Position numbers and translations under genes: made by a program. A stretch of 64,000 nt of DNA. It comes from Eledone cirrhosa. Lineage: Eukaryota. The notes beneath the pieces are model-generated. The model saw only the letters and a program-made list of their open reading frames with translations. It had not been told where the DNA came from and did not search any database. The first letter of the stretch is position 1. Each line of letters starts with the position of its first letter. The stretch is from contig OZ024740.1 in NCBI GenBank assembly GCA_964016885.1, positions 299,336,001 through 299,400,000 on the forward strand, given 5' to 3'. Shown here one piece after another: positions 1 through 15,462 of this stretch.

Positions 1-178
1 GGGAGAAAGAGACGATTATTAGAAGAACATTTTTTTTTTCCTTTTTTGTTTCTCTCTCTCTTTTTTCTGGGTTAGAAAATCATTAAAACGAAATGTTTTA
101 CTTTGTGTGAAGTGTTAAGGTATTAGTTGATTTATTTATTATTTAACAATGGCATTTATTTATCTATTTATATTTTTA

Positions 179-219
179 ATTATTACCGGTTTCAGTATTT
201 TTATGCATTATCAAATGAT
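179..219 (-). ncRNA. Minimal type I hammerhead-like motif, U3/A8 core variant
   Basis: Minus strand: atcat-TTGATAA-t-gcat-aaaa-atac-t-GAAAC-cg-GTA-ataat; palindromic stem III (ACCGGT); one mismatch each in stems I and II. Confidence 0.5.
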
Positions 220-624
220 AGTGAAATGTATTAGTGTGGTGTCACACATGATAAACAGAAGGTGCAGAACGAATAATGTTATTTACAAACAAGGTTTATG
301 AAGTGAAAAGAAAAAAGAAAAAGTAAAAAAAACCTGCATAACGTAGAGCATAAAATGCTGAGAAAAAATAATGTTATTTACAAGCAGAGTCATTGAAGTT
401 AAACAGATGAAAATGTGTTAATATAGCAAGAGTGCTTAGATGATCCATGATTCCATGATGGAGGCAAATGGTCGACTGAGGTTTGATATGATTTCCCTTT
501 TTAGAGAGTTAATATGCAGGAGGAAGCAATTCGTGCTGGATGATATTTAATTTATTAAAGAAAAAGGATTAGGTAGGGTGTGAGGGAGGTAACTCTTGTA
601 AATATTTTATTGTTTGTTGCAATT

Positions 625-915
625 TTAAATTGGTCCGATTTTTAGAGCATTAAGTAGGGGTTGGAATTTATTAATGAAATATGTTTCCTTATTGGTACGT
701 TGGATGAAAGTAGCGTAGTCTATGAATTTGTAAATGGGGAAAATTTTAAAGTTTGGATGTTGGTTATGAGCACAATTGGCGATATGTTCACTAAATGCAA
801 TCTTTCTGTATTCCTGTATTTTAATTTGTGATTTATGGACGGTCATACGTTGACGGAGGATGGTTTTGTCTGTCCTATGTAGTGCTCTTGAGCAGGTCAA
901 AACATAGATAAGGTT
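625..915 (-). pseudogene. PLE GIY-YIG endonuclease fragment
   Basis: NLIYVLTC...LRQRMTVHKSQI...SEHIANC...FKIFP...R..KETYFINKFQPLLN matches the layout of Penelope-type GIY-YIG C-termini; the YIG motif is degraded. Confidence 0.75.
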
Positions 916-1038
916 TAACACTTCACAAAAAGTAAAACATTTCGTTTTAATCATTTTCTAACCCAGAAAAGAGAGAGAGAAAAAAAAAACAAAAAAAAAA
1001 AACATTTTTCTTCCTAATAATCGTCTCTTTCTCCCTGT

Positions 1039-1092
<54 letters not shown>

Positions 1093-1119
1093 TAACTCGT
1101 GTGCTTCCTCTCCACATTT

Positions 1120-1157
<38 letters not shown>

Positions 1158-1163
<6 letters not shown>

Positions 1164-1760
1164 CGTAAAAAGGGTATATCAAAATGTACAGATCAACCTT
1201 TATAACTATAAAACATCTGGACAAACTCTAAGAAGAGAATGTTTCGCCATAAAAAGTGTCGATACCATAGCGCTCAGGGCTTCTTACCAGGTGTATAGAC
1301 AGTATTGTCGACTCTTCTAAAGAAACTTCAGACAACTGAAATATCGCACATGGTGAGAAAAGATACTAGGCAGTACATAGTGGCTTGAATGGATAAAACA
1401 AACAACTAGAAATACCAGCCCATAACCATTCAACTTAAGAAGCTCAACTAACATAAAGAAATTTGTTAGGAGCCAAAATATCAAATGAAAAAACAGAGTT
1501 AAAAACTCGCGTTAATTCCCTGTATTTTAATGAGCTCAAGGTTTAAGTACTCAAAGTTCTTCATAAAACAGTATATAGAGAAGAAAACACGAAAGGGTGT
1601 TTTCAATTACTAGGGATGGAGAACCACTAGAGTGAACAGTACATTTAATGAATATGTATTTTTTACTCCTTTCTTAGACTTTATGCTTTTCACTCTAGTG
1701 GTTCTCTTCCCCTCGTAATTGAAAACATACCCTTTTGTGCTTTCTTCTCTATATACTGTT
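1158..1760. mobile_element. (TA)n-adjacent element with terminal fold-back, probable PLE-derived remnant
   Basis: Arms ~1567-1641 and ~1683-1760 are inverted copies (gagaaccactagagtgaa / ttcactctagtggttctc); begins right after (TA)n. Confidence 0.5.
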
Positions 1761-2071
1761 ATATATAAATATGAGAATACACAATTAGATACATAAACAC
1801 ACATATGTGTATGTGTGAGTGTGTGTGTGCATTTGCGCATCTATTAGCGTATCTTTAATGATGACATGTAGCGATTTTGTATGGAAGCAAAGGTGGAGGG
1901 TGAGATAATGTTTTTCTAGCTCTTCACTAACCAACATTGTATTTATAAGTCCGTGGTGCCATGAATAAGGTGGGATAACGTCATTATATCTCATATGATA
2001 GCTAGTACCTATACCACTGTGTTTGTTTTAATCGTTGGCTTTAGATAAATTGTCATTGTCGGTACATTGTA

Positions 2072-2223
2072 CCGTATTTCCCGGCACCGAAGACGCTACT
2101 TTTTTCCTAAAATAATTCCCAAAGATCTACCATGTGTCCTGGATGCCGAAGGTTGTTTATTATTTTTTTTTCAAATTTTTGGTTGTCAAAATTAGGAAGC
2201 GTCTTCGGTGCCGGGAAATACGG
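2072..2223. mobile_element. Tc1/mariner (pogo-like) MITE
   Basis: Perfect 26-bp TIR ccgtatttcccggcaccgaagacgct; TA on both sides (2070-71, 2224-25). Confidence 0.9.
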
Positions 2224-2233
2224 TATGTATTTT

Positions 2234-2632
2234 GGGGATGAGGATTGGCAGTATCGGTAGAGGGTCGGACGCCATGCTTTATAGCATAGTTACGTCCCTT
2301 TACGGTCTGAGTTCAAATCCCGCCGAGGTTGACTTTGCCTTTCATCCTTACAGGATCGATAAAATAAAGTACCAGTAATGCACTGGGTAATTGCTGGCCT
2401 TGTGCCTAAAGTAGAAACAGTTATTAGATATTGGCGGTGGATTGGCAGTATCGGTAGAGGGTCGGACGCCATGCTTTCCAGCATAGTTACGTCCCTTTAC
2501 GATCTGAGTTCAAATCCCGCCGAGGTTGACCTTGCCTTTCATCCTTACAGGGTCGATAAAATAAAGTACCAGTAAAGCACTGGATAATTGCTGGCCTTGT
2601 GCCTAAAGTAGAAACAGTTATTAGATATTGGC
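2234..2632 (+). mobile_element. Head-to-tail dimer of tRNA-derived SINE family A
   Basis: Two near-identical ~198-bp units with A box (tggcagtatcggtaga), B box (gagttcaaatcc), central cctttcatccttacagggtcgataaaataaagtaccag and tail gtagaaacagttatt. Confidence 0.9.
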
Positions 2633-3287
2633 TTTGTGTTAATGAAGTAGTTCTCCGTGTTTTGTAGTTTATTTATCCCAACTGTAGATTATCTATAATT
2701 TTTGTTTGTTATTGAATTTACATTGCGGGCTTATTGTGTATGCATTCCGTTGTATATGTTATTTCGTTAGATAGCTTAGAAACGTATAAATATTGGCGTC
2801 TAGTTATTTGGTAACAGAATATCTATAAATATGTATGCGTTAGTCGATAGAAATTGTTTTGGCATTGTGACTGGTGTATTAGTGTTTCATGATGGGGTAG
2901 TTCGCTGTGTTTAGTAAATTAATTATATTTTCTGTGCGGGTTATTTAATTTGTTTTGTAAGCTTATGGAGCATATATTTTCTTGCGCGTATTATTTCGTC
3001 AGACATTGCAGAAGGGTGTAATTATTGGTGTCTAATTATGTGCTGTGTGTGTACGTTATGTGTATGTTATTCTACAGATATGGTTTCAAAATTGTAATGG
3101 TGTATTAGTGTATTGTTATGTGGGGCTGTGTGTGTTCTTTGTTGTGTGTAAGGTTTATTATAGTAGAATAGTTTTCACTTAGAGGTCGTTCATGACATTG
3201 CGTATGTATTTAGTACGTCGTGTGACAGAGTGTTTGTTATAACCGCTGTAGGTTTTGGGTGTATAAAGGATAATTGTGTGTATTTTA

Positions 3288-3372
<85 letters not shown>

Positions 3373-4420
3373 GTGGGTGTGGGTGTGAGAGATAGTGTGT
3401 GTGTATGTGTGTACATAGTTGCAATCAATTATCTTACTACACATACGGTTCCTGCACAGGATTGAAATTAAGGTATATATTGTTTAACCAGTGTCTGCGC
3501 GTTATAACGAGTTCGTTTCCTTTTTTTGTTTCATTGGCAAGTAATAGATTGTGTAATTAAAAAAAAATTGAACAGGTGACGTCCGCCGGTGTCAGCTATA
3601 GAATTGGGTAATTTACACCCTTGCTACTTGAAAGGTGTATTTTCTGGCGCAAGTGCCAAATCTCGGATGTTTCGTGGCGTTTTTACAGGCTGGTTTACGA
3701 AAGCTGTGTTGATGTTGGTAGAAACCTCTTTGAATTCACAGACTGTGGGCTCTATGTATACTTTGTTAGAATGGTTTTTGTTAACATTGCATTTGTATAA
3801 AAGGTTGTTTTCACGGTATAGTATGTTAAGTTGTCAGTCGTTTTGATTAGTGTAGTTGCATTGCTTTCTTTTGTTTGTGTCCTGAAAAGTGTTTTACTAG
3901 AGTTAAGCTTTGCTAGGTTCGGTCAGGCGATGTCTTGAGCGAAGTTAGATGTGGTGCTGTTGAAAGTTTTAATGGTGTTCCTATTGAATATCTTAATAGC
4001 GGCGTTGTGGAAGGAAGTGCCATTTAGGTGTTGGGAAATATGTCTTGACTATTAGTATAGTTCCTTCTGCATTGTGTGGAAGATTGAACCTGGTACATTT
4101 TCGGAAGAGACAGTGACTGGTGATCCTTCTATTATTTGTAGGGAGGCAAGCTAATTGTTTATCGAGTCAGCTCTGCTTCAGGGCCGATTTGTGGTAAGAG
4201 AAGTGCTTCCTACTTATCTGTTTATTAGCTGATGTGCGAGAAATTCGTAGGTATATGATTTTTACCAAATTGTTGGCAATATACCTCGGATGGTTTGATT
4301 GTCTATTGATGTAGTGTAGTGTCTCGTTCGGTTTACGGTAAGGGTAGAAGAGTCCATTCTGAAGATCGAGGGTAACGTCTAGGATGTTAGTAATGACAAG
4401 GTAAATTTGGAAGGTAAATG
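2633..4420 (-). mobile_element. Degenerate Penelope-like element (RT thumb, linker, GIY-YIG, long 3' region)
   Basis: NILDVTLDLQNGLFYPYRKPNETLHYINRQSNHP (PLE RT C-terminus), KIFNRNTIK and FKERFYQHQHSFR segments on minus strand with stops and frameshifts; (CA)n in 3' region. Confidence 0.8.
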
Positions 4421-4928
4421 GTTTTGTACGAACATTAATAAAAACAATGACAATAGACCTAAACCCAACAACTAGAACAAACACACAGATACAGGTACTA
4501 ACGATTAGAGGAGACACATCTACATTAGCATACCATCATTAAAGCACCATAGACGAGCAGTAAAAGAAAAAAAAAAATATTATCTTATCCCCACCACTGC
4601 TTCCATTAAAATAATATCTAACGACAACTATATGACAGTCATATCATACCAATTATTGATCGCTTGATTGTTCTAGTTTCATTTTATTCTTATTGATTTT
4701 TTTATGTTTACTTTGGATTTATTATCACCTTCCCCTTCATCTTCTCCGATTTGCCTCACCTGTCAATGAATGAGAGACGGGCGTCGCTGAAGTTAACGAA
4801 AAAATTTGATTAATCTCCCATTTTGCTTTCGAAACATTTTCAGCTTAACCGTTGGTTATTACATCCTATAATATATTATGTCTGCATAACCTCATATATA
4901 TAGATAGGGAAACAAACATATATCTTTT

Positions 4929-5007
<79 letters not shown>

Positions 5008-5053
5008 ATAGATCTGTGTAGAGTTGTGTGCACGCTCCTCGCAAATGTACAAT

Positions 5054-5087
<34 letters not shown>

Positions 5088-5093
<6 letters not shown>

Positions 5094-5346
5094 ATACTTG
5101 GGGAGGGTCATATTTGTGTAATATTGCCAGAATTAATAACAGAACACACTCACTGTTTGGTTGGTTTTCGCTTCTCGCTTCTGTGTCTTTTATATCGCTA
5201 ATCTAACTTACTCGGTCCTCAATGTTGCCGTGTGTTCTGTTATTAATTCTGGCAATATTACACAAATATGACCCTCCCCAAGTATAACAATATTTGTTTC
5301 GACACACGATTTCATATAAAAAACCTCGCAAAACTAATTCATCGCC

Positions 5347-5347
<1 letters not shown>
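5088..5347. mobile_element. Short fold-back element between two (TA)n tracts
   Basis: ~60-bp inverted arms ~5088-5147 and ~5231-5292, then a 55-bp tail; (TA)n on both sides. Confidence 0.65.
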
Positions 5348-5384
<37 letters not shown>

Positions 5385-7345
5385 CTGCATTAGGTCATTA
5401 CTCACATTGTATTTCTGCTACTAAGTTAGCACCCTTATTTCTCTTTGTCTGTCTGCCTGTCTCTTTCTCTTTCTATCTATCTATTCATCAATCATTTAAT
5501 CAATCGATGAATCAAACATTCCCTTTGTAATCACAGTAATTTTAAGACAAATGACAACATCAGTTTAGTCTAAAGACAGCATATTTTGTTCATCGGATTT
5601 ATTTGCCTTAAAATATTCTGATTAAGTAAGATAATTATAGTTTAATACTAAGCCATTACACACCAGTCGTCTTTGTAGAAAATGTATTTGAAATGGCTTC
5701 CTGATACTACAATTCTAATGCTATTGATTAATACAGACTGTTAGAAAATGGCCGATAATACAAGAGTAAACAGAATGACATAAAATAACTAAATTCAACA
5801 GCAAGCACCAAATCTAAGCATTACTGTTTTGTTCAGCATACATTTTCTGTATTTATATTTATTTTCATTTTCATTTTCATTGCCATTGTTTAACCAAAGT
5901 TTACATGTGGTCGAGCATATCAATGATGAAAGACACACGAGTCATCTTGCCTTTTTGTCCTATATCCTGTACTATATGTCCAATATACATATGCCCTTTA
6001 GTTTACAAGAGAGTAGGGTAATTTGACTGCTATTTCTTGCATGCTGAACCACCACATATGTATTCCCGTCTTGATTTATTACACGTCTATAGGTAGAATT
6101 ATAAATTTCAACTTAAAATATACATATGTATCCTAAGAAAATTCTTGGTATAGAGTTTTCAGGAACCCATTTATGTAGATATTGATACACATTCTTAAGA
6201 AAAACCTTGGGGAAATTTCAGATACAGTTGAACACTGATTTGATTCCTTGCAATGCTTTTGCACATCATTTTTACGATGTGTGTTAAATAAAATTGGTTC
6301 CGATTTTAACTCTTATCCCTCCAGGCTCGATAAAATAGAGACCAACAATGCACTAGGATCGGGTTCAATGACTGTATACTCCTTTTAAATATCTATCAGT
6401 GTTATATTTAATTTACAAACAAGGAAGGTGGAATGATCGATACGGTAGCTTGCCTAGTTTTTATTTTGATTTTGATAAAATATACACATACACACACACT
6501 CACGCATACACACACACATGTATATAGCCGTATACATACATGATACAAACATGCATACATAAATATATACATACATATTTAGCGAAAGGAAATGTAATGC
6601 GCACAAATGTGCAGTAAACTTAATGATCAGGATTGCTCTATATGATTAATACTAAATGCTATATGGTTAACTCTAAAGAGGCGGTGTATGTTAGTAGTCT
6701 TGTAAGTAGGTGTCTTATGTTCTAAGTTTAAATGCATTTCATTCTTTCGCGGCCTACAAAAAAAAAGTGCTACTAAATAACTGGGCTTGATTTAACCGAC
6801 TTCCCCTATCTTCCAGACATTTCTGGCCTTTTATGTATGTCACAAATCATTATTTCCCATTCTACAATATGTTATTTTGACATTCCACAAATCAATAATT
6901 TTCACTTCGATCAAGTCAAATTATTTTGCTTGTTTCAAAAATTTGCTGTTTTATTTCCTATTATGTTTTTGGAATTGTTGTGGTTTTGTTTTTGCAATAG
7001 CGGGACACCTTACATATTGATTATCAAGTTGTGACAGCGTAGAGATATAATGAAGAAATATTTTGCAGTGTGCTGTAGTGTAATAGTCTCAAAGTGTAGT
7101 GTTCTGTATTGATTAGAATAGTTCTAACACACGCTTTGTTGTCGGCGCCGAAGAACAGGAGTGAGGCGTCTCACTAAGTTGTTTCTGCGGTGGGGTTTCA
7201 ATCCAGTTTTGAAGCATCTTAACCATATATACACCACTAAGAGGCATGAATATAACATCAGTTCTATCTTTGCAATTTTAAACAATATTAAGGTTTTTAC
7301 TTTAAGGAATCAAATGAATCTAGTGAGTGTGAGCAATATGAAACG

Positions 7346-7395
<50 letters not shown>

Positions 7396-7397
<2 letters not shown>

Positions 7398-8850
7398 AAC
7401 CTTATTTCGGCCGCTTGTATTCGTGATCGTATTCTTTCGATCATTAGCCAAGATTCATGACCATGGGCAAGGGTTGGCACGAATACCGAAATGAAGATAG
7501 AGAGTTTGGCGTTTAAACTTCGAAAGTTGGCGTATTACTGCATCAGCTCCTGCGATTCTTGCACTTCATTCAACCCCCTGCCTCTCATCAATCGTGAACA
7601 CGACCCCAAGATACATGTTTCCACCTGCTTCAAAGGAAATCCATTGACATGTATAGTGCAAGGCCCTTAACATTTCGGGCTGGATTTCACCCCCCCCCCC
7701 CCAGCAGCTTTGTCACATTTGAGCTCTTTAACTGCTCTGGTCACCTTAGTCTCCGAGAAATTATTCACCTCTCCTAGATGCATCAGAAGATGCTGTTGTG
7801 ATTGTTTTCAGGAGATCGGCAAATGTTTCTTGCCAACTCATGAGGATGCACCTCTCTGAAGACAGGAGAATCCAAGACGCGTTCCTGATAACGAATTCGG
7901 CTGATGATTTGCCAGAAAACTTTATTTGCTGGCTGACCTGAAGTCGGATTCCGTAATCGGATTCCAAAGTTCTCCAATGTCTTAATTTTGGACGCCTTTA
8001 CTGTCCCTGTTGCGATTTTCGTGCCTTCTTGTACAGCAAGTGCAAGAAGGATGAGTTATTTCCAGACTAAGCTTTGTCGGGTTCCTTCTTTGCTCGGATG
8101 GCATATTTGACCTCTTGATTGAACCAAGGAGTTCTCCTGCTATCCGGCGCTACATCAAGCCTCTTTCGCCCGCAGCATTTAACAGCTGAAGCAGAAACTG
8201 CCGAGCTGTGCAATCTCCACTCTGTCTCAACGCCTTTTGTTTGCCCAGGGAGTTCTCTGAATTCGGATGAAATAGTATCTGCAGAGGTGGTCCTGACTTC
8301 CTTATCCACCAACAGTTCCCACCTTATCCTGTAGGTTACCCGGGACCTGCCAGTTTTGTGGCCTTCATTGTCTTTTGGTAGTCTCAAGTTGCAGATAACC
8401 AGATGGTGATCAGTTGACAGCCCAGTCCCTCTCTTACCACTGACATTCAGTGGTAGAAGGTGTTCATAATAGAGAGTCCATTGCTACAACAGATGTCTAA
8501 TACGGCCTCTCTTTCGTATTTAGATCGGGACGCCATTCCTTCCAATTACTCCTTTCCATGTCAGGTGGTCAGTGCCAACATATACATTGAAGTCTCCTAT
8601 CAGGATATATGACTCAGTCTTAACTTCATCTAGTGCTGTAGTGACTTCATCGAGGAAGGACCTGTATTCAGCTTCCTTGTTTGGTACATAAACTCGCATC
8701 CAAAACAGCTGACATCTATTGAGTATCTCCACTCCAGTCATTTCTGGTGCCACACCTGAATAGTGGAGTTTCTATCCTTCATCCAAATCTACAGTATCAC
8801 AGCCATCATATCTGGTGGCCATATCGCTATCCGCCAGCTGCGACACGTCC
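7396..8850 (-). mobile_element. Degenerate, internally deleted RTE-clade LINE
   Basis: AP endonuclease motifs VYVPN, ILIGDFNVYVG, STDHHLV; TPWFNQEVK linker; RT C-terminal YLGVVF segment; multiple frameshifts. Confidence 0.8.
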
Positions 8851-8948
8851 TCTAGCCGAACAGCTCTGCCAGAAAGTCAAATATTTAACTAATGCAAAAT
8901 GTTTATGTCTCAAGAAGAATTCAGATGAGTTTACAAGGTCTTATATTT

Positions 8949-9059
8949 CTACAGAAATATAATTGTTTCTACTGTTGGCACAAGGCCAGCAATTACCCAG
9001 TAATACACTGGGTAATTGCTGGATTTGTGCCAAAAGTAGAAACAATTATATTTCTGTAG
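8949..9059. repeat. 111-bp palindrome formed by two inverted SINE-A tails
   Basis: ctacagaaatataattgtttctact...acccagt-aatac-actgggt...agtagaaacaattatatttctgtag. Confidence 0.85.
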
Positions 9060-9114
9060 CTGATTCGCCAAGATTATAATCCCTTATGTATCATCATCAG
9101 TATACTTGAATATA

Positions 9115-9329
9115 CGAGGCAGGTGCTGAAGTGTTCCTGGCTTTGGGTAAAAGAAAATACAGTAAGTTCAGTTAATTATGATTTTATTCAACATATTCCC
9201 CTCAGATTCACACACCTATTGAAACGGTCCTTCAAGTTTTCTAAGCCATGTAAAAAGAACTCGGAAGGTTGCGCCTTCAACCAGGCCTCTGTATACCCCA
9301 AATGCCAAGAACTTTTCAGCACCCTCTTG
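9115..9329. mobile_element. mariner-type MITE
   Basis: Imperfect TIRs cgaggcaggtgctgaagtgttcctggc / gccaagaacttttcagcaccctcttg with TA flanks; related copy at 51154-51360. Confidence 0.8.
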
Positions 9330-9525
9330 TAGTTGTGTTCCATGTAAGTAGTATATAAATTAAATCGTCCTGCGATAAATAACAGAGAATACTCTAAGAA
9401 ACACCTATTTTACTCCCCTGGTTGGACTGTCTGTTGAAGTGTTTCGGTTTATATATTGCACCATCCTTGCATGTGTCTACATCTAAGATACTTAATTCCA
9501 GAAATGTAATAGCTGAAATGTAGTA

Positions 9526-9712
9526 CTGTCTGTTCGCTATTTACGCGAACTTGAATTACGCGAATTTACTTGAACGCCTCTTGAATAACCCGCGAAGAAC
9601 GCGTGTGGTTTTTTTATTTTTTATTTGTCAGAAATACTAGACTTGAATTACGCGAATTTGTTTTACGCGCCGCGTTCCCGAATGCCTCTTCGCGTAAAAA
9701 GCGAACACAGTG
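9526..9712. mobile_element. Tc1/mariner (Tigger-like) MITE
   Basis: ~24-bp TIRs (tgttcgctatttacgcgaa / ttcgcgtaaaaagcgaaca), TA flanks, internal repeat acttgaattacgcgaattt. Confidence 0.75.
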
Positions 9713-11271
9713 TATTTACGTGATATCTGGAATATGATACATAGAAGGTAATATCAATTTACAATATTGGCTCAAAGCCAGGCATTCTTTTCGCGGTATT
9801 TGAACTCAAAATTAAAGAATCACAACAGAATGCTGCAACGTATTTTGACTGACGCTCTAACGATTTTCAGTCTAAAAGTGTATTATTGATAAATATCAGT
9901 TTACTTAGATATTGCACACAATGGAGTCATATAATTGACATTTTTATCATATTGTTACAGTCAAAATGTATATGGTTTTTAGAGATGCTACCAGAGTATA
10001 GATAAATCAATGGCTCGGTTATTACTAATTTAAAACTATATATAAAATGTTTTTATAGCTACTGCTTATTCTTTAAGAATATATTACACAATACCAAATG
10101 TTAACACTACATACATATATCAAAATCATATCCTGACAGAAAAACAAAAGGAAAATCTACATACATTCAACTCCAACAGCATACAATCCTTTTATAAGTA
10201 GTGGAAATAAAAGTAGAATATTCAATCTATTCTCTGTCAGAAGGATAGGTTAGATATTTAGATGGAGCACTACTAAGAAGCCGCTTATATAAACAGTTGA
10301 TAAGGAAGAAATTAGAGTACATGGTTCAGCCCAACTTATAGCAAAACTGTGTATTTAGAAACGTCTTGGAGTAAATTAAATAAATATTTCCCAGTTACAC
10401 AAATATTTTAAACATTTTCAACCTCAATAATGTCAATATCTGTACAACATCCTTTCACAGAGTACATAACCAATTGCTAATGCATCGTTGCCCTTCGAGC
10501 ACTCATCTCAAAAGCCTGCATAGATTTGCAGATTTACCCAGAACTTCCTATTCAATAAATCATATCTCATTATATTGGTGATGTACAGAGCCACTATAAA
10601 ATCAGAGAATGGGGCACATATTAGTTATACTGGATTCAGAAAAAAAAAAAAGAATCCCACGCTCATAGAATTAGAAGCAACCTGCGCATACACAACTTCA
10701 GATCCAGAAAAAAACTCAACTTCATCTAAACTGAAGGATATTTGAGTTGAAATGACTCTATATCCCGGAGCATAAACAACATTACATACAAATAAAGCGA
10801 AACGTTAGTATATGCTTACTGGATAAATTGAACATTCTATTCCATGGTCATAATTTGAAGCATTTCAAATATATATGTTAGAACTCCCCTGATTCCAACA
10901 AGAGTGGACTTCCCTTACATGTTGGCATACTCTTTATGTATTATAACCCTTTCACGTACACAAACACCAACAAAAGCCCTGATATATACTACTTCTTGTC
11001 AAGTGTCACAAATAGCTCTTGTCCATTACGTTTGATACAAAATCTTTCTTAAAAAAACAATTAAACAAATTCGTTGTATAGGTTATAAATTTTATTTTTT
11101 AAATTCACTGATAGAAAGAAACTGATGATACGCTCGATATTTTCTTAAAGGCAAAATGATGATTTGAATATATTTTAAGATAATCCCATCTAAAACTGTT
11201 TAGTTGTTTTCGTAGTGAGATCGTAACCTACACTTTAATCAAGTCTAGTTTAAAGTCTAAATCTCTCTCAA

Positions 11272-11539
11272 GCCCGGAGGCTCATCAGGTCGTTGCTTAT
11301 CCCGGTTTCCATGGAGTTAAGCGACTGAGAGTACAGTACTCCCCTCTGGACAGGACGCCAGACCATCGCAGGGTTAAACTCCTAGCTATTGCTGGTACTC
11401 ACTTTCAGTTGAGTATACTGGAGTAGCATGAAATGAAATGTTTTCCTCGAGAACACAACACACAGACCAATCCAGGAATTGAACACACAACGTTATGGTT
11501 ATAAGACCAACACCCTTACCACTAGGCCACGTGCTTCCA
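11272..11539 (-). mobile_element. tRNA-derived SINE family B
   Basis: Minus strand begins gcacgtggcctagtggtaagggtg (A box) with gttcaattcc (B box); related pieces at ~27900-28000(-), ~36856-36960(+) and ~55090-55200(+). Confidence 0.8.
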
Positions 11540-12079
11540 TAACCAAGTCAAATAATTATGTGTATCATCTTTAAACGTACTATGTGATGCAACTAATATA
11601 TATTTCTTTTTTTTTCTTAACCCGAGTCCTAGGGGTGCCATGTCGATATATGACGCTTCTAGGGCATCTGTTAAGCCTGGTGGAGCCCATCACTTCTCCA
11701 GGTCTCAACACAACAGATTACGTCCAGAGAAGGATAGAGAGTGAAAGAATGAAAGTGAGAAAGGTATATAGAGGAAGAATTGACTCCAGTACTAAGACTG
11801 GTACTTTTTCATCGACCTAATTTAAGCAATATATCTTCTGAAGCTTGTTTGTTGTTTGTTGAAAAGCTACAAATTGGATTGTGAACACCATGTGATAGGA
11901 AAGAAAGTAATATCGGTAGGTTGTCCTGGAAAACGTTTATGGCCGATGATTTAACTGATTAATTTCATGGAATATAAATCAGTAGCATGGTGGCTAGGGA
12001 AATGAGAGATACATGTGTTAGGTGATATGTTCTCTTTCTTTTGTCGTATGACAGGTTTGCACATATCATTTATATAGTA

Positions 12080-15082
<3,003 letters not shown>

Positions 15083-15425
15083 CTATATCTTATTCAATTT
15101 ATTGATTGATTTTTTATTTCGTTATATTTATATATATTTGTTTATAAAATTATTAACTGTATATTTTTCATTCTAGTTATGTTATGTTCTCTTATGCTTC
15201 CCCATCGCCATTATAATTATTATAACAGTTGTAATGATGAAAGGAATCTTACCTTAATGATAGAGAAATAGGGTTCAAGCCGGATACGCATTCGTGTATT
15301 AGTTTTGTAAGCAAATACCACCGACTATTTCTTAACACAGATATACAATAACGTATTTCTGCTTTCGTTTCATCCCTCTCGGATAGATCGCGTTTTGTTC
15401 AATGTGGACTGCTTTGTGCTTCTGT

Positions 15426-15462
<37 letters not shown>

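Larger units (their letters stand above)
1..1042 (-). mobile_element. 5'-truncated Penelope-like element with inverted terminal copy, abutting (TA)n
   Basis: 1-118 is an imperfect inverted repeat of 915-1035; internal GIY-YIG C-terminal remnant; hammerhead-like motif at 179-219(-); (TA)n starts at 1043. Left end lies outside the window. Confidence 0.8.

Noticed and set aside
1520-1571. Degenerate hammerhead-like strings here and at ~7315-7350
   Set aside because: Cores (ttaatga, ctagtga) carry two or more changes; position is suggestive but not enough to call.
2242-2325. tRNA gene
   Set aside because: A/B boxes belong to a multi-copy SINE head; no cloverleaf.
7885-7935. ctgatga...gaaa on the plus strand
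   Set aside because: Antisense of RTE coding sequence; stems I and II do not pair.
10050-11060. Possible old transposase remnant
   Set aside because: No motif recognisable with confidence in any frame.
11272-11310. gaaac...ctgatgagcc at the SINE-B 3' end as a type II hammerhead
   Set aside because: Stem III and NUH site cannot be formed and stem II has no upstream partner.
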